This document shows, piece after piece, positions 38,566 through 49,378 of a stretch of 64,000 nucleotides of DNA. A program made the position numbers and the translations under genes. Numbering within the stretch: the stretch's first letter is position 1; each line of letters opens with the position of its first letter. The DNA comes from Amphiscolops sp. MND2022 (Eukaryota), in the NCBI GenBank assembly GCA_964187785.1, contig OZ076412.1, forward strand, positions 21,266,001 to 21,330,000, read 5' to 3'. Below the pieces are notes generated by a model. The model searched no databases and was not told where the DNA came from. It saw only the letters and a list, made by a program, of their open reading frames with translations.

Positions 38566-39965
38566 CTAAAAATGTCATAGAAATTTTGGTTTTTTGGCTA
38601 TTTTGGGGTCATTTCGAGGCACTTTTTTAACATAAAACAGCAGATATCTCTTTAAAAAGCATTCTGGATGACTACCGCAACCGTCGTTGAACGTTTCTAA
38701 CATTATAACTCACAAAAATCTAACTATTGCATGAAAATTTGAAAGCATTAAAAGCTTTCCGACAAATTTGGGGTCATTCTGAGGTGTTTTTGTAGCATAA
38801 AAGTACAACGTTCTCCTCAAAAAAGCGTAGTATATAGGTAGTGCTTTCGTCGTTGAACTTTCTGTACCTCCTAGCCCACGAACTCTTGCGAAAATACACG
38901 AAGATTGAATGAAAGACGTAAAAATTCGAAAAATAATGGAATTTTTGACCATTTTGGCCATGCCCAAAAACGTTCGAAAATCTCTTGAAACACATTCCGG
39001 ACGAAACTAAGTTTGTGGAAGTTTATATCTGTGGACGAAACTCTTAAATTTGGTTATAAATTTGGAACATGGCAAACTTTGGAAAGAAACGCGACTCAGT
39101 AATTTTCTTTTCACATGAGAAAAATAGGCAGAAAAAAACAAAAAAATTGCCTTAATTTGGATCAAAATAAGAGTAACTTTAGCTCTAGGAACTTTTTGTC
39201 AAACGGGTGTTTTTAGAAAAAATGCGCTTCTAATGTTTTCGACTGTGATATGTCAGTTCTTCAACTTTTGGTACCCTAATGTATTTTTAGAGGGGCAATA
39301 AAAAGATCTCAAAATATCTTGAACATTCGAAAAGAAAATGAATAATCTTTTTCTGCTCTTTGAAATTGGCAGTTCGGGCAAGGGATGAAACTGTAAGCAT
39401 AGTTTGCAAGTTTTTGATTTTCTGTCTAGTGCAAGTTTGTGGATGTCATTTTTTCAAATACACCGGACAGTACAAAAGGAAGCCGATAGGTCTCTCCACA
39501 ATATTTTGGAATGGAATTATCGTAGAGCAAGTTTTGCTGAGACTGCTATCCAACAAACGTTCAACATTTTTGTTCTGTTCCAGTCACGTTTTCCAGACTT
39601 TGTGATTCAACGTTGTATAAATATTTTTCGAAAGAAATTCAAAGCTTTGGCAACAAGGCGCCCGCTGAGAAGTCGGATATTTTCCCCCGAAATAAAAGAA
39701 ATACGGCATTCCCTTGAAGCTGGAGCGTGGAAATCTCTACACCTTCCATTTCATTTCACACTTTGCTTTGATAAACTGGATATTCAAACTTACAAAAACA
39801 TTCGAAGACTATCCGATTTCAGATTATGGTATTTGTATCATCATTCCATTTTCGAACTCCGAATGTAGCAATACACACCAAAAGATCCAGAACTTGAACA
39901 GAAAATGCATCGCAGTGTCAACATTGAAAAAAAAACATTTTTGCTGAGTTTGTGCAAATAAAGAC

Positions 39966-40380
39966 TTTTTAGTCGGCGCTTTTTTAAAGAAAAGAGTCGA
40001 CTATAGTCATGGCTTTTCGTCTGTTTTTTTTTCAATTTTTTTGGATACACCTGAAGTGACCAAAATAGTTCCACCAAAAGTTCTACAAAATTTTAAGGAC
40101 GCCAAAATGTACATGTTGGCCCAAGGATCTGAACCAAAAAGGTTTCCCGCGTAACATACAATAATACCGGACGAGACCAAAAGGCCACCCTTTCAGTTTT
40201 TTTCGGCAATGCGAGACTTTTTTCCCCAAAGGGTTCCCTCCTTTCAATTTTTTTCGTCATTGTGAGACTTTTAAAAAAATTTTCGGGTGCTGTAGAAGAG
40301 AATACTTTGACACTTTGAAGTCCTTTTGCTATTTTTGAGCATTAGATATGGCGCCGACTTGGGCCGGTCCCGGCTTGTTT
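39966..40380 (+). mobile_element. Helentron/HINE-like element, copy 4
   Basis: Same termini as copy 3, with fewer internal subrepeats. Confidence 0.8.
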
Positions 40381-40806
40381 AATTTGAACTCTAATAAAAG
40401 GACTCCTATATCAAAGCATATTTTGTTATTGAAATCAGCATATTTTGTTCATAATCATGGAAATATTCAAAAATTGTATAGAAATTGCTCAAAACGGTCG
40501 AAAATCGAAAGACTTTCAATTTTGTGGGAGGCATCATTGCATTTTTGAATAATCACATCAAATTCATTACCTGAGAAGCATGTTGAATAGCTCAATTGGG
40601 GGAACTCTCAACGTGAAACTCGGGATAGTCTCATTCTTGAAAACATTCAAAAACTGAATGAAAATGGCAACTTAATTCTCAACAGAGAGGCGAAGCGGTG
40701 CTTCGCAACACATGACGAAGACGAATCATGGCTAGACGAATGCCGAAAAACCGTATATATTCAGTCGCATGCGTATATATTCAACAGTTCAACTTTGTTC
40801 AATACC

Positions 40807-40878
40807 GTCCCTATGGCACAGTGGTCAACACTTATGCCGTGCAATCGGGAGGCTGCGGGTTCGAATCTCTCTGGGGTT
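40807..40878 (+). pseudogene. tRNA-derived sequence (tRNA pseudogene or SINE head)
   Basis: A-box-like tggcacagtggt and B-box ggttcgaatc at tRNA spacing; acceptor and anticodon stems pair poorly. Confidence 0.5.
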
Positions 40879-41477
40879 CTGGCTTTTGTCTAAAAGGCGC
40901 TCATTATGAAGTTGACTATAGTGGAAAAAAACTTATTTAGCAGGACTGCAATGCACAATGACTTCGTCATGTGCAAAAATCAGAAAACTATTTTTTTCGT
41001 ATCACTTTAAGGCACGTTCTTATCCATAAATGTTCGTCGTAAAGCGTACCAAATGACTTTCGCTTGCATTTTGGAAATCTGTGAATGTTTGAAATTCTCG
41101 GAACATCGGAAAAGATTACAGAGAATGCCTACCGTAGTCAAAAATTCAATTTTTTTAACGAGTTTGATGTAACTTTTAGGCTTTTTCCAAAAAAACAAAG
41201 GTCAGATTACTTCTGTAACCGCTCATAGGTTAGCTCGTTGGTTCTGCGCTGAACTTTTTGGATGATCTAATTTTTCGAAACGTCCGAAAACTGTATGAAA
41301 CATGCCCAAACGAGGCCAGATAGTATTTTGCGATTGTTCTGATACACTTTCTTAACAAACACTTCTTTTAGATATCTCCCGAGTGTAGAAACTCCTGAAA
41401 CTCATGATAAGAATCTTGCATTTTCGATAAACTCTTGGTAAGAATCTTGGCAAGATTCTTATAAACAGCGACAAGAA

Positions 41478-41943
41478 CAGGCTTGGGCAATAACTAATTA
41501 TTAGAAAAATTACTGCAATATAATATTTGCAAAAATTTTTGAGAGATTGAAATTATTATTGCTAGTCTTCAATATATTTTCGAAAACAAAAAAGCAGAAA
41601 CTGGAAGAAAAAGTAGAGTGGGTTTTACCGACATCGAATATTGTCGAGCGATCTTTCAGCTAGGCCAAGGCCAATCTAACACTAGAACGCAAACACTTGG
41701 TCCCGATGCACGTGGAAGAATTTATGTTTTTGAAACTCAATGCCCAATTTTGGAATTTTGAACTAGTTTCGCAGATTGCTTCATTAACGTTTTAAACACA
41801 ATAAGTGTTTTCCTTTGAGCAATAAGTGCAACAATTTATTTTCTGAAAAAAACCTATTGTAATATTTTATTTTTACTATCTTGATAATGCAATAACTTAT
41901 TTTGAACACCAATGTAACTGCAATACAATATTACCCAAGCCTG
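41478..41943 (+). mobile_element. hAT deletion derivative (466 bp)
   Basis: TIR caggcttggg(c/t)aata; TSD gacaagaa / gacaacaa (7 of 8 match). Confidence 0.85.
41601..41795 (+). pseudogene. hAT transposase C-terminal dimerisation-domain fragment with one in-frame stop
   Basis: LEEKVEWVLPTSNIVERSFS*AKANLTLERKHLVPMHVEEFMFLKLNAQFWNFELVSQ. Confidence 0.85.
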
Positions 41944-42169
41944 GACAACAAAATGTACCATCTTGCAAGATCTTGCCAAAAGTTTCAGGAAAAAGCTAAC
42001 CAAAATGAATGAAACGAAACAAAAACCGACGCATACTGTGGCTTGATCAGCGTACATAGTATACCGCAGCTGTTCACGCAACCAATGATTGACATAACCA
42101 ATCAAGCTATAACGTCCTGAATTTCATTACTTTGTGTTGTCCTGTAATCAACACTTCGAAGGATGATAA

Positions 42170-42990
42170 CCCAGGTTTTCGATCTTTGCGAATCTGTGCA
42201 GATCTGCAGAACTTTTGCAGATCTTTGCAGATATGCGCAGATTCGAAAAAAAACTGACGTACTCAGAAACACAATAAAAATCCCACAGCGATGTCAAATG
42301 AATAATAAAAATGTTCAAAACTGGAGAGAAGTCTCATTTATGTCAAAATGATGAAACTATTTTTTGTAGAAATCTGTTCAGATCTGTAGAGATAACAGAT
42401 CTTTACAGAGCCAAACAATGACCAATAAATTACTATACCGTATTCCAAATCAACAGCAATTACTAAAAATACTCGAGCAAACTATGTTGCGGAAATATTA
42501 TAACAACAACACTTTATCAACACATCGACCAACCCAGAAGGGCGCCACATGTGAAGTTGTAGCTACCAAAACGAAGTCAATATGGCAAACGAGCCTCTCG
42601 AAGTTGAACAACCGCTTCTGCAAAGTTTGAGAGAAATAGATAAATTAGTGTATGACCTATACCAAATATTACCCAGACACCAAAATTACCGTGATGGGGA
42701 CAATATTTCCTTCTCATGAATTTTGAGTGATAGAGAGTTTCTACTGACTGACCTTAGGTCAGCTAAAATACTGGATAAAGTAGTTGAAGAAGTCCAAAAA
42801 TGCAGTATATTGGTTCTTTAAAAGTTGCAGAAAAACATTTCTGCAAAAATCTTTAAAGAAAATCTACACACTTCTGTAAAGATCTTGCAGATCTGTATGG
42901 ATCTTCAAGATTCAGTTCAACGGTCGTTGCGGAACCCTGCAGAAAAAATCCTGCAGATCTGCACAGATTCGCAAAGATCGAAAACTTGGG
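42170..42990. mobile_element. CMC/EnSpm-type non-autonomous element, copy 2 (821 bp)
   Basis: ~40 bp TIR ccca(g/a)gttttcgatctttgcgaatctgtgcagatctgcag; 2 bp TSD aa. Confidence 0.8.
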
Positions 42991-43562
42991 AACGTCTCGG
43001 GAATAACGTCTAAAGGAATAACGTAAAAAGTTTAATGTAAAAGGATTGGGAATGAGCATGACTGAGCATGACTTGGCTTTAAATTGTATTCCTGTTTCCC
43101 GAACAATAGCAAAGCAATTATAAACAAAACTAATGTTGCAAATTTAATGTGGAATTCCCACACAGCAGAAGTCTCATACAGCAGAAAATGAAAATTCGGT
43201 CCCATACAGCAGAATATTTGTTTATGCTACAATCTGATTGGCTAAAATTTGAAATCGATTGATTTCACTAAGTTGAAAACGAGTGTCGGATTTTGTCGGA
43301 ATTATTATTATAACGTAGTCAGGTATGCTCACATACCCAGTGCCCTAAATGCAGGAGCGAAGGGAAGCGGAGCGACGTGCCATATGGCCATGCCTCAATG
43401 TTGCTACTTGGCGAAGGGAGCGAAGCGACCGAGCCATACAACAAATATGCTTACCTTTTAAAGAAATCAAGTTCCATACATATTAGCTGTAACGGCACTA
43501 AAAGCTAGTAACTTGAATTCTGCTGTATGGGACCAAATTTTCATTTCTGCTGTATGAATAGG

Positions 43563-45717
43563 CAGGGGTACCGCAAAATTAATTGCCATAATATTCCCTA
43601 GCTTCCATAAATAATTTTCATGGATGACAGCTGTCCATAAATTATTTCCATAATCTTCTCACAAAAATAAATAATGGCAATTATTTTTTGAATTAAAAGA
43701 AATAATACACAAGACAACTGAGACAAAAAGTACATTTACAATTATACCAGCGTAGAAATTAAGTCAGCGTCCCAAAAAGTTTTGTTGACGAACAGAAAAA
43801 GTGCAAACTACGTGCAAGCGAACAATGTGCAAGCGAAGATCGTGCAAGCCTATCACTGAACGCAAGCTCGATTTTGATTGGCTGCAGCCCTACAGCTAAC
43901 CGCTAACAGCCAGACTGGATGCTGTGAAAATAATGGCTGCCATAATTCTAAGAAATCCATAAATTAATATCTCCACAACTACGCGTACCAGAGAAACGAA
44001 CTATAGCGCATTTGAAAGGTCTGGTACCGGGCTTGCATTTTGGTCAGGTGAGCCCCTGTCGCCGCGTTCCCCTTCTTCACAATTTTTAGTTTCTTTTTCC
44101 GGTACAGCCGCTGCGGGGGCTTGTAGTAACAACAGAATATTATTGCGGTTTGTTACACCAGGACTTGTTGTGGAAGGGTATATGGTTGGTATTTTCTATT
44201 GATCAAAGACTTTTGAGAAAACTGGATTTCGTCAAAGATTGAATTCTGGGAAAACATAACCATTTTTTGTGCAAAAAAACTCGATTTTCTCAGTTTTGGA
44301 GACATATTCACTTTTTATAATGCTTGTGCCATTCAAGCCAATCTAAGTACCAAGGATTTGTTAAAACAAGCCGGGACCGGCCCAAGTCGACGCCATATCC
44401 AAGGCTCAAAAATAGCAAAAAGACTTCCAAGTGTCAAGTATTCTCTTTTACAGTACTCGAAAATCAAAAAATTTTCGAGAAAATTACATACTCAAAAAAT
44501 GGACCGAGTGGCGAGCCTGGGCCCGCTAGCGCGAGCCCCTGGCGCGCTAAAAGTGGGACACTTCCGAAATTGTCCACATTTTTGTCGCAGTTGAAGGGGG
44601 GACCCTTCGGAGAAAAAACAAATTTTCGAAAAAAATCTCACAATGCCGAAAAACTGAAAGGGGGACCCTTTGGGATTTTAAACACCCAATCTGTTGTAAA
44701 ATATCGAAGAAATTGAAGGGGGACCCTTTGGAGAGAAAAAAAAATAGAAAAAAAAGTCTCACAAGGCCGAAATACTGAAAGGGGGGACGCTTTGGGGTTT
44801 TTCAACATCCATTTTGTCGCAAAACATCAAAAAATCGAAAGGGGGACCCTTTGGGGAAAATTTTTTTTTCGAACCAAAAGTCTCGCAGCCGAAAAAAAAA
44901 GAAAAGGGGGAACCTTTGGTCTCGCCCGGTATGGTATGTTACGCGGAAAAACAGGAAAAACCTTTTTGGTTCAGTTCGCTAGGCCAAATAGTGCAAGTTG
45001 GTGCAATAATATTTTGTAGAACTTTTAAGAACTATTTTGGTCAGTTCGTGTGGATAGAAAAAAAAGAGTCACTATTATAGTTGCGTTTCACTTCATGAAG
45101 CGCCGACTAAAAATGTGCTAGAGAATATAGGCTACTGGCAAAGCGGATTAGAAATTGAAAAAAAGTAGGTCAGTTATAGCGGCAATCGCATCAGTGTGAG
45201 TCGTTTTGTCTCTAATTCAGGGGTACCGCAAAATTAATTGCCATAATATTCCCTAGCTTCCATAAATAATTTTCATGGATGACAGCTGTCCATAAATTAT
45301 TTCTATAATCTCACAAAAATAAATAATGGCAATTATTTTTTGAATTAAAAGAAATAATACTACACAAGACAACTGAGACAAAAAGTACATTTACAATTAT
45401 ACCAGCGTAGAAATTAAGTCAGCGTCCCAAAAAGTTTTGTTGACGAACAGAAAAAGTGCAAGCGAACAATGTGCAAGCGAAGATCGTGCAAGCCTATCAC
45501 TGAACGCAAGCTCGATTTTGATTGACTGCAGCCCTACAGCTAACCGCTAACAGCCAGACTGGATGCTGTGAAAATAATGGCTGCCATAATTCTAAGAAAT
45601 CCATAATCTATGGCCATACTCCTTTGTCCAAAAATTAATTATTTTTATGGAAGGCCCCAAAAAATAAATTATTTATGGCCATTATTTCCATAATGAATTA
45701 TTTTTGCGGTACCTCTG
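43563..45717. mobile_element. Composite hAT-type element with a duplicated left end
   Basis: TSD tgaatagg at 43555-62 and 45718-25; TIR caggggtaccgcaaaa / ttttgcggtacctctg; the left ~400 bp is repeated at 45218-~45605. Confidence 0.82.
44363..45113 (-). mobile_element. Helentron/HINE-like element, copy 5 (longest)
   Basis: aaaacaagccgggaccggcccaagtc terminus, multiple gaaggggggaccc subrepeats, distal gcgccgactaaaaa. Confidence 0.8.
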
Positions 45718-45778
45718 TGAATAGGCCCCAATTTAATTATTTTCTTGACACTCTTGATAAGACTCTTACCAATGGTGA

Positions 45779-46052
45779 CTATTCATAGCTCCGAATTCAA
45801 AATCTAGTGCCATAGCTCCGAAATTTTAAACGTGTTATTTTCACGCGTAAAATCCGCGCAAGTTGACAAAATATTCACAAGTTGTTTGCTTTGCATCTTC
45901 CCCGAACTGTCAATGCCCCTAGTTGCCGCAGTGGTTTCTTTAAAAAAGCGATTTGCGAGTGCGATTTATTATTTACCAAAATAATTAAAATTATTTTTCG
46001 GAGTTATGATACTCGATTTTGTTTTCGGAGCTATGAATATTCGGAGCTATGG
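45779..46052. mobile_element. Small foldback/MITE-like element
   Basis: Inverted arms tattcatagctccgaa..caaaatc.agt..cata.ctccgaaa; no TSD resolved. Confidence 0.55.
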
Positions 46053-46251
46053 GAAGCAAGGCTGGCAGTCATTCACGGCGTGAAAGTCCGTGTCATCTGT
46101 GTGTAATCTTCTGATTGGTTAATTCCGTGACGCGCTGCGTGTGATTGATCAACTTGTTTGATGAATCGCGTGTAAATAAATGGTCAATAAACAACATTGA
46201 AAATGAGATTCAAGATGTTAAGGATTTCTGGCGTGCACACCAAACTTCAAT

Positions 46252-46693
46252 GATTACGTCCCAAATGGCATAAATGCAAATGACATAAATGCAAATAACA
46301 TAAAAATAAATTGATTCCCAGAAAACATAAAACAATTAAGCGCTTCTGATTGGTTGAAAATTGAAATTCAACCTTGCGTTATTTTCTCGCTTGCGCTGAA
46401 TCATTGTTACAGCCAATATGTTGGAACTTGATTTATTTGAAAAGGTTTGCATATTTGTTGTATGGCTCGGTCGCTTCGCTCCCTTCGCCAAGTAGCAACA
46501 TTGAAGCATGGCCATATGGCACGTCGCTCCGCTTCGCTTCGCTCCTGCATTTAGGGCACTAGGGGTATGTGAACATATCTGACTACGTTATAATAATATT
46601 TTTTTATGTTAAATGGGAATTCAATGTACTTTTATGTTTTCTGGGAATTAATTTATTTTTGTTATTTGCATTTATGTCATTTGGGAAACCACC
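46252..46693. mobile_element. MULE/foldback-type MITE, shell C copy 1, carrying the core cassette (442 bp)
   Basis: TSD acttcaat at 46244-51 and 46694-701; ~70 bp arms cccaaatgacataaatgcaaat...ttcccagaaaacataaaa; core on the minus strand. Confidence 0.88.
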
Positions 46694-46723
46694 ACTTCAA
46701 TGTCCACCCTATACAGTTTTTGT

Positions 46724-47151
46724 GGAGGCTATTCATTGAGTCGAAATTAAACAAAAGTATTCAGAGCGTCGAAATTAAAGTTAGCTATTCATCGCGTCGA
46801 AAAACTCCATATCAGCGATTATTTTCAGGTTATTATTTGAAGAGGTTAGCATATTTGTTGTATGGCTCGGTCGCTTCGCTCCCTTCGCCAAGTAGCAACA
46901 TTGAGGCATGGCCATATGGCACGTCGCTCCGCTTCGCTTCGCTCCTGCATTTAGAGCACAGGAGTATGTGAACATAGCTGACTACGTTATCGTAATTAGT
47001 TCGATGCTGTGTAGCACACAAATTCACCAAATTTAATTCTTTCCTATTTCAATTTTCAACCAATCAGAAGCGTTCGATAATTATTTTTCGGCGCGATGAA
47101 TAGCTTGCAAAATTTCGACGCTTTGAATATTCGACGCTTTGGGAATCCGCC
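46724..47151. mobile_element. MULE/foldback-type MITE, shell D, carrying a shortened core (428 bp)
   Basis: TSD agtttttgt (9 bp) at 46715-23 and 47152-60; arms gcgtcgaaatt...gctattcatcgcg.cgaaaaa; core at ~46833-46991 on the minus strand. Confidence 0.78.
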
Positions 47152-47599
47152 AGTTTTTGTGAGAAGTTTGCTTTCTTGGTGGGAGCTTCGGCGAATGTTG
47201 AGCGAGCGATTTCGCACGTCAACAGCATTCTGTCAGGCGACAGACTATCTTTTGGCGAGGAAAACTCAGAACAAACGATGTTTTTATTATTTAGCACCGA
47301 AAATTGTTTTATTTCTCTGTGAAATACCCATGTAATCAAGTAAAATCCGTGAAAATGAGCATGCAATTTTAGATATTTTCCGTGAAATACTGCCAGCCCT
47401 GATGCGAAGTCACCATTACCAATATTCCTATCAAGAAATTCAAGAGGTTTGCAAATCTTGGCAAGAGTTTGAAGATACTTCGAACTGGGTTTTTACAAAA
47501 GCGTCCTGGACCGCAGTTTTTCGTCTTGCAACTTTTTGGATATTCTAACCCACGAAAATTTCCGAAAAATACAAAAATTGCATAAAAAGTCGGAGAATC

Positions 47600-47917
47600 C
47601 CCACAATGTGATCGGCTGAATTGAATTCACTAAGTTGAAATCGCGTGTTTGATTTTGTCGGAATTATTATTATAACGTAGTCAGCTATGTTCACATACCC
47701 CTATTGCCCTAAATGCAGGAGCGAAGCGAAGCGGAGCGACGTGCCATATGGCCATGCCTCAATGTTGCTACTTGGCGAAGGGAGCGAAGCGACCGAGCCA
47801 TACAACAGATATGCTAACCTTTTAAAGAAATCAAGTTCCATACATATTAGCTGTAACAGCACTAAAAGCTAGTAATTTGAATTCTGTTGTATGGGACCAA
47901 ATTTTCATTTTCTGCTG
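47600..47917 (+). mobile_element. Truncated shell-B element with the core cassette
   Basis: Nearly identical to 43240-43550; right arm partial, left arm missing. Confidence 0.75.
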
Positions 47918-48085
47918 GTCATCATCAAAAAAGGCCAAAAATCTCCATAACTACATATCGCACGAAACCAAGTTTATATCAGTTGAATTCTGTGGGAGAA
48001 GCCCTTCAATTTGGTAAGAAATTGGAACATTGCAATTTTGGGGGAAAATGGGGCTGTTTGTATTTTTCCTTTCCCTTATGGAAAC

Positions 48086-48106
48086 AATAATAATAATAAT
48101 AATAAT
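48086..48106. repeat. (AAT)7 microsatellite
   Basis: Seen directly. Confidence 0.95.
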
Positions 48107-48931
48107 CCAGGGACTAATGAAAAATTCTCTGCAAAGCACGTCGAAAATGCCACTTACTTTTACAGCAACTGAGAAAAGCACCGCTGAATCTGAATTGAGA
48201 AAATTTCACTGTCGAAATTTTATCTTTAATTCTTGTCGTCTATTTTTATGCTTCGCGCAGTGAAAATCAACAGTCGTCGATAAAACTTGTTATAATTTAC
48301 TCAATAACAATGAACTGTAGAGAAATAATGAACATTTTCAGAAATAATTTTCGGCAATAAGTTGGTGAAGCTACCTCCTATTCAGTGGACCATTTATCGG
48401 TCATTTGGACCCTTCGAAATCGAAGATTATTCGTGACTTCGGAAATTGTGGTGGTAGCCATTGTAGCATTTCTGTTCAAAGCACACATATATGACGTCAC
48501 TACAAATACAGCATAGCTCTGTGTGCTACGCTGAGCTGTTGAACATTTTGTTGCTGGTGAACGTGTAAAGTATTGCATTATGGCGACAGAACCACTTTTG
48601 CACATTGCATTACGTTCTTAGCGTACAGTACAGTAACGAACAGAGTTCACGTTCGGTTGCATTGTGCGTTCAATTACACGAAGTTCTTACGCCGAGAAAT
48701 GTAGACCATTAAAACAGTTCGTAACCACGACATCAGCAGCTCTTGCCTTTTTTCATTTCGTTTTATAAACATGTTGAACGAGAAGAAAAAACTGCTAATA
48801 TTCTTCATCTAAATTTGAAACTTGCACTTTGAAGGTTGAAAATAATACTTGAAGAATTTTAAAACTTCTTAACATCAGTGAGATACTTATCCAAACAGTG
48901 TTATGACAACATCACTGCACCCATTAAATTG

Positions 48932-49378
48932 GATTACGTCCCAAATGACATAAATGCAAATGACATAAGTGCAAATAACATAAAAGTAAATTAATTCCCA
49001 GAAAACATAAAACAATTAAACGCTTCTGATTGGTTGAAAATTGAAATTCAACCTTGCGTTATTTTCTCGCTTGCGCTGAATCATTGTTACAGCCATTATG
49101 TTGGAACTTGATTTATTTGAAAAAGTTTGCATATTTGTTGTATGGCTCGGTCGCTTCGCTCCCTTCGCCAAGTAGCAACATTGAGGCATGGCCATATGGC
49201 ACGTCGCTCCGCTTCGCTTCGCTCCTGCATTTAGGGCACTAGGGGTATGTGAACATATCTGACTACGTTATAATAATATTTAATTTTTATGTTAAATGGG
49301 AATTCAATGTACTTTTATGTTTTCTGGGAATTAATTTATTTTTATGTTATTTGCATTTATGTCATTTGGGAAACCACC
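48932..49378. mobile_element. MULE/foldback-type MITE, shell C copy 2 (447 bp)
   Basis: TSD ttaaattg at 48924-31 and 49379-86; same termini (gattacgtccc ... gggaaaccacc) as copy 1 but a different TSD, so an independent insertion. Confidence 0.88.

Larger units (their letters stand above)
43149..45729. mobile_element. MULE/foldback-type MITE, shell B, carrying the core cassette; 418 bp after removing the hAT insert
   Basis: TSD aatttaat at 43141-48 and 45730-37; arms catacagcagaaaatgaaaatt.ggtcccatacagcagaa; core at ~43301-43512. Confidence 0.72.

Noticed and set aside
41394-41988. Small element with tcctgaaact / agtttcagga ends around the hAT derivative
   Set aside because: Only a 10 bp inverted repeat and no TSD; not listed as a feature.
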